Source: Myxococcota bacterium
Lineage (GTDB): Bacteria; Myxococcota_A; UBA9042; PHBI01; JAWLBL01
Direction: 5' to 3'
Assembly (NCBI GenBank): GCA_041687695.1
Contig: JAWLBL010000002.1
Location: forward strand, 318,983-382,982
Length of the DNA: 64,000 nt
Under the pieces are notes generated by a model. That model did not search any database. It was not told the origin of the DNA and was given only the letters and a program-made list of their open reading frames with translations. Of this stretch, positions 29,227-38,376 are shown one piece after another; positions within the stretch are counted from its first letter, which is position 1; each line of letters starts with the position of its first letter. The position numbers and the translations under genes are program-made.

Positions 29227-30201
29227 GTGAGCTGGCGAGACGAGCAGGCGGGCGAGCGGTCGGGCGGGCTGCGCGTCGGGGTGACCGGGGCGACCGGGGT
29301 CATCGGGCGGGCGCTGGTGGCGTTCCTCAAGAGCCACGGGCACCACGTGCAGCGGCTGGTGCGGCGGCCGAGCGCGGGCGGAACGGAGGACGTGTTCTGG
29401 GATCCCGCGCGCGGCGAGATCGACGCGCCGGCGCTCGAGGGGTTCGACGCCTTCGTGCACCTGGCGGGGGCCAACGTCGGCGAAGGGCGGTGGACCGAGG
29501 CGCGCAAGGCCGAGATCCTGGGCAGCCGGCGCGACGGGACGCGGCTGCTGGCGCGGACGCTGGCGGGGCTCGAGCGGCGGCCGAGGGTGCTGGTGTCGGC
29601 GTCCGGGGTCGGCGTGTACGGCGACCGCGGCGACGAGGTGCTCGACGAGGACAGCGCGCCGGGGCGGGGCTTCCTGGCCGAGGTGTGCAAGGTCTGGGAG
29701 GCCGAGACCGAGGCGGCGGCGCAGGCTGGGATACGAGTGGTGCGGACGCGCATGGGGGTGGTGCTGGCGCCCGAGGGCGGCGCGCTGGCGCGCATGGTGA
29801 CGCCGGTGAAGCTGGGTGTGGGCGGGCGGCTGGGGTCGGGGCGGCAGTACATGAGCTGGGTCGCGCTGGACGACGTGCTGGGCGCGATGCTGTTCGCGCT
29901 GACCCGCGAGACGCTGAGCGGGCCGGTGAACGTGGTCGCGCCCAACCCGGTGACCAACGCCGCCTTCGTCCGGACGCTGGCGGGGCTCCTGCATCGGCCG
30001 GCGATCCTGCCGGTGCCGGCGGCGGCGCTGAAGCTGGCGGTCGGCCCCGAGATGGCCGAGGAGCTGGTGCTGGCCAGCCAGCGTGTCGTGCCGCGGCGCC
30101 TCGAGGCGGCTGGCTTCCGCTTCGCGCATCCGCACCTCGAGGTCGCGCTGGCGAGGGCGCTCGGGATGCACGCGCCGGAGCCCGGATCGGCCTGGGCGTG
30201 A
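29227..30201 (+). CDS. TIGR01777/YfcH-family NAD-dependent epimerase
   Basis: Motifs GATGVIG, HLAGANV, SASGVGVYG, GFLAEVC..WE and GSGRQYMSW. Confidence 0.9.
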   Translation: MSWRDEQAGERSGGLRVGVTGATGVIGRALVAFLKSHGHHVQRLVRRPSAGGTEDVFWDPARGEIDAPALEGFDAFVHLAGANVGEGRWTEARKAEILGSRRDGTRLLARTLAGLERRPRVLVSASGVGVYGDRGDEVLDEDSAPGRGFLAEVCKVWEAETEAAAQAGIRVVRTRMGVVLAPEGGALARMVTPVKLGVGGRLGSGRQYMSWVALDDVLGAMLFALTRETLSGPVNVVAPNPVTNAAFVRTLAGLLHRPAILPVPAAALKLAVGPEMAEELVLASQRVVPRRLEAAGFRFAHPHLEVALARALGMHAPEPGSAWA

Positions 30202-30258
30202 CCCGGGCGTGACGGTCTCGCTTGTCACGGCCGCGCGCGCCTTCTACCGTGCCCGGCC

Positions 30259-31920
30259 ATGAGCAAGCGCACGCTATTGGTGATGGGGCTGGTCGGCGCG
30301 ATGGGCGCCGGCTGTGGGGACACGGGCGAGACGCCGCCGGCGGACACCGCCGTGACGGACGTGGCCGACGTCGGCAAGGGCGACGCTGCGGACGACGCCG
30401 AGCCGGACACCGCCGAGCCGGACGCCGCGGGCGACGTGGACGTCACGCCGGCGCCCGCGTTGCAGGCCGTCGAGGGCGAGCCCAACTTCGCGGTCGCCGC
30501 CGCCGGCTGGTACCGCGGCGACTTCCACTACCACACCAACTACAGCGGTGACGCCAAGGAGCAGGGCGGCGACGATCTGGCGGTGGCCATCGCCATCGCC
30601 GACGCCTACCGCGACCCGGTCTTCCTGGCGGCCAACCCGGACAAGGCGGGCAACGGCCTGGACTTCGTCGCCATCACGGACCACCGCACCGACGCGGCCT
30701 TCGCCGACCCGGACTTCACCCACGACCACCTCATCCTGGTCCCCGGCGAGGAGTACGGCGGCGGCGGACACGCCATCATCGCCGGCCTCGACCACCACAT
30801 CCCGCACGACGCGGCGGCCGGTCAGGCCCAGGACGCGCGCCACCTCGAGGCGATGGCCGAGGCGCACGCCCAGGGGGCCTTCTTCAGCATCAACCACCCG
30901 TGCCAGGAGAACATGTGGAACTGGTCGGTGGACCTGGTCGACGCCATCGAGCTCTGGAACGGGCCGTGGGCCTCGTTCTACACCGGCGCGTCCCCCGAGC
31001 ACGTCGAGGCCGAGGCGGCCGGCGCCGGCTTCATGAACCCCTTCCTGCCCGACGCGATCGCCAACGGCGGGACGGGTCACAACGACAAGGCGATGCGGTA
31101 CTGGCAGAACATGCTGACCGCCGGCCTGCACGTCGCACCCATCGGCGGCAGCGACCGCCACATGATCGTCCCGGCCGCCCTGCCGACCACCTACGTGCGC
31201 CGCCCGGCGAACCCGGCCTTCGAGGGCCTCGAGGGGCCGGCCCTGGGCTCCGACGGCATCGTCGCGGGGGTGCGTGAGGGCGGGACGTTCGTGTCGCGCT
31301 CGCCCTTCGGGGCGCAGATCGAGCTGACGGCGGTCAGCGCCGACGGGCAGGTCTTCCCGATGGGCGCCGAGCTGCCCGGCGCCGGCACCTACACGGTGCA
31401 GATGCGCGTCGGGCGCGCCGAGGGCGGCCGCCTGCGCCTGCTCAGCGGGCCGCTGAAGGCGCCGGTCGACGGGCACGTCAGCGCCGACGTGGCCGTGGTC
31501 TTCGACGAACCCATCCCCTCCGACCTCGCCAAAGGCGAGTTCACCTGGGAGGTCCCCGCCGAGGGCGCCTGGCTGCACGCGGTCGTCCTCGAGGACCTGA
31601 CGCCCGACCCGCTGCCGGAGGCCGTCCAGGAGGCGCTCGCCCACTTCCAGGTGGCCAGCGAGGGCAACGCCCTGGTGGTCATGGCCGGCGCCCTGGCGCC
31701 CCTGCTCGACATCAACATCCTGCTCGACCCCACCCTGTGCGATCCCGCGGCCTGGGACCCCTGGATGGGCCAGTGCATGCCGGTCGATCAAGGCACCCTG
31801 GCGACCTTCTACCTGCCCGATCGCATCGAGCGCCTCGTGCAGATCGTCTTCGAGGACGGCGCCGCGACCGACTGGGCCATGGGCGCCATCAGCTCGGCCT
31901 TCCTGGCGCGTCCCCAGTAG
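30259..31920 (+). CDS. PHP-domain (CehA/McbA-like) metallohydrolase lipoprotein
   Basis: Lipobox GAGC; motifs GDFHYHTNYS, AITDH, GEE, INHP, ELWNG and GGSDRH. Confidence 0.85.
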   Translation: MSKRTLLVMGLVGAMGAGCGDTGETPPADTAVTDVADVGKGDAADDAEPDTAEPDAAGDVDVTPAPALQAVEGEPNFAVAAAGWYRGDFHYHTNYSGDAKEQGGDDLAVAIAIADAYRDPVFLAANPDKAGNGLDFVAITDHRTDAAFADPDFTHDHLILVPGEEYGGGGHAIIAGLDHHIPHDAAAGQAQDARHLEAMAEAHAQGAFFSINHPCQENMWNWSVDLVDAIELWNGPWASFYTGASPEHVEAEAAGAGFMNPFLPDAIANGGTGHNDKAMRYWQNMLTAGLHVAPIGGSDRHMIVPAALPTTYVRRPANPAFEGLEGPALGSDGIVAGVREGGTFVSRSPFGAQIELTAVSADGQVFPMGAELPGAGTYTVQMRVGRAEGGRLRLLSGPLKAPVDGHVSADVAVVFDEPIPSDLAKGEFTWEVPAEGAWLHAVVLEDLTPDPLPEAVQEALAHFQVASEGNALVVMAGALAPLLDINILLDPTLCDPAAWDPWMGQCMPVDQGTLATFYLPDRIERLVQIVFEDGAATDWAMGAISSAFLARPQ

Positions 31921-31955
31921 CGGCCAGGCGGGCGGCGCTGGGCTATCCTGACCCC

Positions 31956-33911
31956 ATGCCGCCCGCCGCCCCCGTCCCCGCGCCGGCCGATCCCGCCGCG
32001 CTCCTCGCCGCCCTGGGCTCCCGCCCGCGCGTGGTCCTGGTCGGCGACGTGGGCAGCGGCAAGTCGACCCTCTCCGCCGCCCTCGCCGACGCCCTGGCCG
32101 CCTCCGGCGCCCCGGCGACCGGGATCTGCGCCGACCCCGGCCAGCCCGCCTTCGGCCCGCCCGGCGCCGCCTCCCTCGCCGCCCGCCGCGGCGGCGCCTG
32201 GCACCTCACCGCCCTCGAAGGCCTCGCCACCCTCGACGCCGGCCGCTACCGCCTCCCGCTGATCGAGGCCGTCCGCCGCCTGGCCGCCGCCACCGACGAC
32301 CAGCCCCTGGTCCTCGACGCCCCCGGCGTCGCCCGCGGCGCCCCGGCCGCCGAGCTGCTCCCCGCCCTGGTCGGTGCCGCCGGCGCCACCCACGTCCTCG
32401 CCCTCACCCAGGACGACGCCCCGCTCCCGGTCGCCGCCGAGCTCCTCGCCACCCCGGCCACCGTCCTGCACGTCCGCGCCGCCGCCGCCGCCGCCCCCCG
32501 GCCCCCCGCCGACCGCGTCACCTTCCGCACCGCCGCCTGGGACGCCTGGCTCACGGGCGCCCGTCCGCTCGCCCTGCCGCGCCTCGCCTTCGTCCTCGCC
32601 GGCCGCCCCGCCCTCGGCGACCCCGCCGCCTGGCCCGGCCGCCAGGTCGCCCTCCTCGACGCCTCCGGCGCCACGCTGACCCTCGCCCAGGTCGTCTCCC
32701 TCGCCCCCTCGCACCTCCACCTCCTCTCGCCTCCGGTCGACCCCGCCCGCGTCGCCGTCGTCCTCGTCCGCGACGCCGGCCGCGCCCCCGACGCCACGCT
32801 CGCGACCCGGCCCTGGCCCTCCCCGCGCCCGCCCCGCCCGCCCCCGCCGCGCCCCGGCGCCCGCCCCGACCTGCGCCTCGACCTCGGCCCGCCCCCCGCC
32901 GACCGCGTCACCCGCTTCGCCCCGGCCTTCCTCGGCGGCCTGTGGGACGACCCGACCCTGCACCTGCGCCACGACCTCGCGCGCCGCGGCGTCCTGTTCG
33001 ACCTGGGCGATCTGGGCGCCCTGCCGGCCAAGCTGGTCCACCAGCTCTCCGACGTCTTCGTCACCCACGCCCACATGGACCACTTCTCGGGCATGCTCGC
33101 GCTGCTCCGCCGCCGCCTCGGCGCCACCGCCCCCTGCCGCCTGTACGGCCCTCCCGGCCTCGCCGCCCGCGTCGCCGCCGCCATCGCCGCCTTCACCTGG
33201 GACCGCATCGGCGACGACGGCCCGCGCTTCCACGTCGCCGAGCTGCACGACGCCACCTTGCGCTGGACCGCCCTGCAGCCCGGCCGGCCCGCGGCCCCGC
33301 TCCCCGACACCCCGGCCCCCGCCGGCCAGCTCCTCGCCGACCGCGACCTCACCGTCCGCGCCGCGCCCCTCGACCACGCCGGCCTGCCCGTCCTCGCCTT
33401 CGCCCTGCGCGAGCGCGACCGCCACCTCGTCCGCCCCGACCGCCTCGCCGCCGCCCCGCACGCCCCCGGGCCCTGGGTCGGCGCCCTGGTGGCCGCCATG
33501 GACGCCGGCGCCGCCGACACCCTCATCCGCCTGCCCGACGGCGCCTCCGCCCCGGCCGCCCGCCTCGCCGCCGACCTCCTCACCCGCGAGCCGGGCCAGA
33601 CCGTCGCCTACGCCACCGACCTCGGCGACACCCCGAGCAACCGCGCCGCCCTCATCGCCCTCGCCCGCGGCGCCGATCTGCTGGTCTGCGAGGCGTCCTT
33701 CGCCCAGGCCGACGCCCCCCGCGCCGCCCGCACCGGCCACCTGACCGCCCGCGCCTGCGGCGAGATCGCCGCCGCCGCCGCCGTCCGCCGCCTCGCCCCC
33801 TTCCACCCCTCGCACCGCTACGAGGCCGACCCCGCGCCCCTGTACGCCGAGGTGCGCGCCGCCTTCTCCAACGCCCTCGCTCCGACCGGCCTCGACCTCA
33901 CCGCGCGCTGA
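31956..33911 (+). CDS. Fusion of a Clp1-family polynucleotide kinase and an RNase Z-type MBL hydrolase
   Basis: N-terminal half: GDVGSGKST, ADPGQ, LVLDAPG, RVTFR. C-terminal half: LFDLG, THAHMDH, LDH, PGPW, YATD, CEASF, GHLT, FHPSHRY. Confidence 0.85.
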   Translation: MPPAAPVPAPADPAALLAALGSRPRVVLVGDVGSGKSTLSAALADALAASGAPATGICADPGQPAFGPPGAASLAARRGGAWHLTALEGLATLDAGRYRLPLIEAVRRLAAATDDQPLVLDAPGVARGAPAAELLPALVGAAGATHVLALTQDDAPLPVAAELLATPATVLHVRAAAAAAPRPPADRVTFRTAAWDAWLTGARPLALPRLAFVLAGRPALGDPAAWPGRQVALLDASGATLTLAQVVSLAPSHLHLLSPPVDPARVAVVLVRDAGRAPDATLATRPWPSPRPPRPPPPRPGARPDLRLDLGPPPADRVTRFAPAFLGGLWDDPTLHLRHDLARRGVLFDLGDLGALPAKLVHQLSDVFVTHAHMDHFSGMLALLRRRLGATAPCRLYGPPGLAARVAAAIAAFTWDRIGDDGPRFHVAELHDATLRWTALQPGRPAAPLPDTPAPAGQLLADRDLTVRAAPLDHAGLPVLAFALRERDRHLVRPDRLAAAPHAPGPWVGALVAAMDAGAADTLIRLPDGASAPAARLAADLLTREPGQTVAYATDLGDTPSNRAALIALARGADLLVCEASFAQADAPRAARTGHLTARACGEIAAAAAVRRLAPFHPSHRYEADPAPLYAEVRAAFSNALAPTGLDLTAR

Positions 33912-35070
33912 CCTCGGGCGCGGCCCGCCAGCGCAGCGTGTCGCCGACCCGCTCCAGCGGCGTCTCGAACCGCGCCCGCGACCCCTGCGCCAGCGGGTCC
34001 AGGATGGCGTCCGCCTCGGCCCCCGTCGCCAGCGCAGGCGCGCCGCCGGGCCGTCGCGTCAGCAGCGGGTGGACCACCAGCGCCTCGGCCCGCCACCCCG
34101 CCGCGCCCGGCGCGCGCGCCAGCGTCAGTTCGAAGGCGGCGCCGCGCCGTCCGTCGATCCGCACCATGTCGAACACCAGGTTGCCCATGTTGTACAGGAT
34201 GATCCCGTCGCCCCAGGCCTCGACCGGCTGCAGCACGTGCGCGTGGTGGCCCAGCACGGCCGTCGCCCCTGCGTCCACCAGGGCCCGCGCCAGCTGCTGC
34301 TGCCTCCGGTTGGGCCACGCCGTGAACTCGCCGCCCCAGTGCAGGGTCACCAGCACGACCTCCGCGCCGCCCTCCCGCAGCGCCCGCACCCGCGCCGGCA
34401 GGACCTCCAGCATCTCGCTCGTCGTCAGGAACGCCACCGGCACCGACTGCCCCGGCTTGGGCGTCCCGCGGTTGCGGCGCGTCGTGGCCGCCAGCACCGC
34501 GACCCGGACGCCGGACACGTCCAGCACCAGCGGCGCCAGCGGATCGCCCCCGACCGACGCCCCTACCGCCCCGACGCCGGCCCCCTCCAGGGCCAGCAGC
34601 GTCTCGGCCAGCCCCGCCTCGCCGCAGTCCTCGGCATGGTTGTTGGCCAGCACGGCCACGTCCACGCCCGCGTCCGCCAGGGCCCCCGCGTAGCGCGTGG
34701 GCGCCCGAAAGCGCAGGTGCCGCAGCGGCAGCTTCCGCGCCCGCACCAGCTCGTCGGGATCCACGTCCGACAGCGGCGTCTCCAGGTTCACCAGGGCCAG
34801 GTCGGCGGCGCGGGTCACCGGCGCGAGCTGCTCGAACGGGCGGTCGCCTCCGCTCGGGACCAGCGTGCGAAAGACGTACCGTCCGAACATGACGTCACCG
34901 CCGGCCACCACCCGCAGCCGCGCCGCACCCGCCTCGGTCGGGACCCGCTCGCGCCCGCGCTCGACCGCCGGGGGGCGCCGCATCGGCGTCGGCACCTCGG
35001 GGAGGCTGGCGCACGCCGCGGCCATCGAGACCCCCAGCCACGCGATCACGCTCGTCCACGCCGCCCTCAT
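33898..35070 (-). CDS. CapA/PgsA-family metallophosphoesterase lipoprotein
   Basis: Motifs GGDVMFGR, NLETP, LANNH, HWG, GHHAH and YNMGN; lipobox AAAC. Start 35070 or 35082. Confidence 0.88.
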   Translation of the reverse strand: MRAAWTSVIAWLGVSMAAACASLPEVPTPMRRPPAVERGRERVPTEAGAARLRVVAGGDVMFGRYVFRTLVPSGGDRPFEQLAPVTRAADLALVNLETPLSDVDPDELVRARKLPLRHLRFRAPTRYAGALADAGVDVAVLANNHAEDCGEAGLAETLLALEGAGVGAVGASVGGDPLAPLVLDVSGVRVAVLAATTRRNRGTPKPGQSVPVAFLTTSEMLEVLPARVRALREGGAEVVLVTLHWGGEFTAWPNRRQQQLARALVDAGATAVLGHHAHVLQPVEAWGDGIILYNMGNLVFDMVRIDGRRGAAFELTLARAPGAAGWRAEALVVHPLLTRRPGGAPALATGAEADAILDPLAQGSRARFETPLERVGDTLRWRAAPEVSAR

Positions 35071-35444
35071 GGCGCGCAGCATAGGGCTGCGGCGCGCGCC
35101 GTACAGAAAGCCGCCGTCCCGCGCGCCCGTCGCCGCTTGCGGCCTCAGGATGGGCGGCGCCCCCTCGCGCGTTGAAGCTGTAACCGCCGTGAGTCGCTCG
35201 CGCCGCGTGGCCGGCGAGCCTGGCACTTCGTGTTGCGATGCGGGAGGCCCACCGTGAAACATTCCGCGTTGTCCGACCCCGAGGTGCCTCCTATCCTCGC
35301 GCCATTTCGCACAGGCCCCACGGCCGGACGGGCGGCCCTCGGCCGCTCGAGCCCTCGCCTGCCCCTGGCGCCGCCAGCGCATCGGGGCCCCGGGTCGCCC
35401 CCTGACCTCCTCAGTCGACCGCTCGACGGGTCCGCCTATCCCGA

Positions 35445-37682
35445 ATGACGCCTCGTCCCCTCCGCCTGGTGCAGCGCCTCGCCCCCCGCTTCGCGGCGCT
35501 CCTCGTGCTCGTCCTCGGGCTGTCGTCGACGCTCGCCGCCTGGATGTACGTGTCCGAGAACGAACAGGCGCGCGCCAACCGCCGCTTCTACGACGCGGTC
35601 GAGCAGGTCACCCAGACCATCGAGCACCGCCTGGCCGCCTACATCTCCGTGCTGCTGGCGACCCGCGGGTTCCTCGACGCCAGCGAGACCATCACGCGCG
35701 ACGAGTTCCAGACTTTCATCCAGAGCGTCGAGGTCGGCACGCGCTTCCCCGGCGTGCAGGGGCTGGGGTTCGCGGCCTGGATCTCCGAGGACGAGCGCCC
35801 GGCCTTCGAGGCCCGCCTCCGCGCGCAGGGCCTGCCCGACTACCGGGTCTGGCCCGAAGGCCCCCGTGCGCGCTACGCGCCCATCGCCTTCATCGAGCCG
35901 CAGGACTGGCGCAACCGCCGCGCCATGGGCTTCGACATGTACTCCGACCCGGTGCGACGCGACGCCATGGATCGCGCCCGCGAGCACGCGCTGCCGGCCG
36001 CCACCGCCCAGGTCCGCCTCGTCCAGGAGACCGACGTCGAGCCCCAGGCGGGCTTCCTCATCTACGTGCCGGTCTACACCCGCGCGGCGACCGACGTGGG
36101 CGAGCCCAGCGACCAGCGGCTGCGCGGGTTCGTCTATGCCCCCTTCCGCACCGGCGATCTCTTCGGGACGCTGCTCGGCCCCGCGGCCGCCCGCGCCGTC
36201 TCGCTGGCCATCTATGACGGGTCCCCGCACGAGGGGCAGCCCCCGCTCTTCATCAACGGCACGCAGCCCGAAACGGGCTCGCCCGTCCTCACCGCCACGC
36301 GGCACCTCGACGTCGCCGGCCGTCGCTGGACCCTGGTCTTCCGCAGCACCGAGCGGCTCACCGATCTGGGCAGCGACCTCCCCCTCTGGGTCGCCCTGGG
36401 CGGCGTCCTCATCAGCTTGCTCCTGTTCGTCATCACCCGCGCGCAGGTGCGCGCCCGCGCCGCCGCCGAGGAGTCCGACCGCCGCTCCGCGCTGCTCGCC
36501 GAGGTGGCCGGCGTGCTGTCCAGCTCGCTCGACGGCACCGAGATGCTCACCGGCGCCGCCGCCCTCGTCAGCCTGGGGACGGACGCCGCCTGCGCCGTCG
36601 AGCTGCTCGAACCGGACGGCGCGGTGCGCTCGTTCCTGGCCGTCCCCGGGCCCGATGAGCCGCGGATCGAGACCCGACGCCGGCCGGGTCACCCCGAGCA
36701 CATCGGCCTCGACCGCGCCATCACCGCCGACCGCTCACGGATGCTGGCGCACACCGATCCGGCCCTCGATCGCCTGCTGCCCGAGGACTTCCTAGCCCTG
36801 CTCGGGGCCGCCGCGCGCTCGGCCGTGCTCGTCCCGCTCCGCGCCCGGGGCCGCGCCATCGGCTCACTGAGCCTCGTCTGGACCGCGCCCCGCCGCCGCC
36901 AGCTCCCCGCCGACCTGGCCACCGCCCAGGACCTCGGCCGCCTCATCGCGGCCGCCGCCGACAACGCGCAGCTCTACCGCGACGCCCAGGACGCCATCCG
37001 CGTGCGGGACGAGTTCCTGTCGGTCGCCTCCCACGAGCTCAAGACGCCGCTGACCTCGCTGCAGCTGCAGGTCCAGAGCATCTTGCGCGCCCTCGAGCGC
37101 GGCCGCGCCGCCGCCCTGACCCCCGACGCCCTGCGCGACAAGGCCGGCCTCATCGACAGCAGCGTCCAGCGCATGAGCAACCTCATCTCGAGCCTGCTCG
37201 ACATCGCGCGCATCACCTCGGGTCGCCTCGTCCTGTCGCCGGCCGACACCGATCTCAGCGCCCTGGCCCGCGACGTGTGCGCGCGCTTCTCCGACGAGGC
37301 GCGCGCGGCCGACGTGCCGCTGGTCGCGTCCATCGAGGACGGCGTCGTCGGGCGTTGGGACGCGCAGCGCCTGGACCAGATCGTCTCGAACCTGCTGTCC
37401 AACGCCATCAAGTACGGGCCGGGGCAGCCGGTCGACGTCACGCTCGAGCGGCGCGGCGACGTGGCGCGGCTCGAGGTGCGCGACCGCGGCATCGGCGTGC
37501 CCCCCGAGGACCAGGCGCGCATCTTCGACCAGTTCGAGCGCGCCGTCTCGACCCGCAACTACGGCGGCTTCGGCCTGGGGCTGTGGATCTCGCGGCAGAT
37601 CGTCGAGGCCCACGGCGGCAGCATCGCCGTCACCAGCGAGCCCGGTCAGGGCGCGACGTTTACGGTGACGCTGCCGCTGTGA
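35445..37682 (+). CDS. CHASE-GAF sensor histidine kinase
   Basis: CHASE segment (YAPIAFIEP..RNRRAMGFDM), GAF-like middle, and SHELKTPL, NLLSNAIKY, DRGIG, GFGLGL. Confidence 0.93.
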   Translation: MTPRPLRLVQRLAPRFAALLVLVLGLSSTLAAWMYVSENEQARANRRFYDAVEQVTQTIEHRLAAYISVLLATRGFLDASETITRDEFQTFIQSVEVGTRFPGVQGLGFAAWISEDERPAFEARLRAQGLPDYRVWPEGPRARYAPIAFIEPQDWRNRRAMGFDMYSDPVRRDAMDRAREHALPAATAQVRLVQETDVEPQAGFLIYVPVYTRAATDVGEPSDQRLRGFVYAPFRTGDLFGTLLGPAAARAVSLAIYDGSPHEGQPPLFINGTQPETGSPVLTATRHLDVAGRRWTLVFRSTERLTDLGSDLPLWVALGGVLISLLLFVITRAQVRARAAAEESDRRSALLAEVAGVLSSSLDGTEMLTGAAALVSLGTDAACAVELLEPDGAVRSFLAVPGPDEPRIETRRRPGHPEHIGLDRAITADRSRMLAHTDPALDRLLPEDFLALLGAAARSAVLVPLRARGRAIGSLSLVWTAPRRRQLPADLATAQDLGRLIAAAADNAQLYRDAQDAIRVRDEFLSVASHELKTPLTSLQLQVQSILRALERGRAAALTPDALRDKAGLIDSSVQRMSNLISSLLDIARITSGRLVLSPADTDLSALARDVCARFSDEARAADVPLVASIEDGVVGRWDAQRLDQIVSNLLSNAIKYGPGQPVDVTLERRGDVARLEVRDRGIGVPPEDQARIFDQFERAVSTRNYGGFGLGLWISRQIVEAHGGSIAVTSEPGQGATFTVTLPL

Positions 37683-37716
37683 GGCGCGGTGACGCGGCCG
37701 ACGTGACCCGCTCGCC

Positions 37717-38298
37717 TCAGACGCCCGTGCGGCACAGCAGGAAGTAGTTGTTGGTCTCCTTGCCCTGGCGCACGGCGCGGCCGATGGTGACGTGGCGCGA
37801 GACCTTGCGCATGTAGTCGACCATGCGGGCGAAGACGAAGCGCTGCAGCCCCGACTCGTTCGGCTTGATCGACGGCCACCCCTCGGGCAGGCGCGCGTCG
37901 GCCGGCGGGACCTGGAAGTAGTCGATGCCGACCTCGCCGCGCTCGGGGAAGAAGCGCGCGACGAAGTAGCCGGGGCCGATGAGGGGGCGGGTCGAGCCCT
38001 CATTGTAGCCGTACAGGGCGTCGTCGCGGCCCTCGACCCGGCAGAAGCGCTTCTCGAAGACGTTGAAGATGGGCAGCGAGTTGCGGCCCGCGTGGATGAC
38101 CTGGGTCGCCGGGGCGACCTCGGGCGGGACGAAGTCGTCGAGGCTGGTCGCGCGCCCCGCGGCCAGATCCCACAGCCGGGCCTGCAGGCGGGCGCCCATC
38201 CCGCGCACCGCGGCCACGCGCGCCTCGTCGGTCATCTGGTCGAGCGTGTCGGCGAGCCGGTCGAGGTCGACGGCGTCCGGGGTCCAGGTCGTCTCCAT
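37717..38298 (-). CDS. Conserved-looking hypothetical protein (193 aa)
   Basis: RBS GGAGG, typical codon usage, and aromatic-rich globular sequence (FEKRF, GPGYF, DYMRKVS). Confidence 0.8.
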   Translation of the reverse strand: METTWTPDAVDLDRLADTLDQMTDEARVAAVRGMGARLQARLWDLAAGRATSLDDFVPPEVAPATQVIHAGRNSLPIFNVFEKRFCRVEGRDDALYGYNEGSTRPLIGPGYFVARFFPERGEVGIDYFQVPPADARLPEGWPSIKPNESGLQRFVFARMVDYMRKVSRHVTIGRAVRQGKETNNYFLLCRTGV

Positions 38299-38376
38299 GG
38301 GGTCTGCCTCCGTCAGGGGGCGGCCAGCCTACATCCCGAGCGGCCGCTCTGCCAACCCGCCCGGCTCAGCGCCGGC

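Noticed and set aside
33898..35070. Capsule or sporulation locus (capA here; spmAB at 41783)
   Set aside because: Both families are widespread as solitary genes; no capBC or sporulation partners are in the window.
35221..35236. Sigma54 promoter TGGCAC-N6-TTGC upstream of the CHASE kinase
   Set aside because: GG-to-GC spacing is one base too long, and sigma54 spacing is strict.
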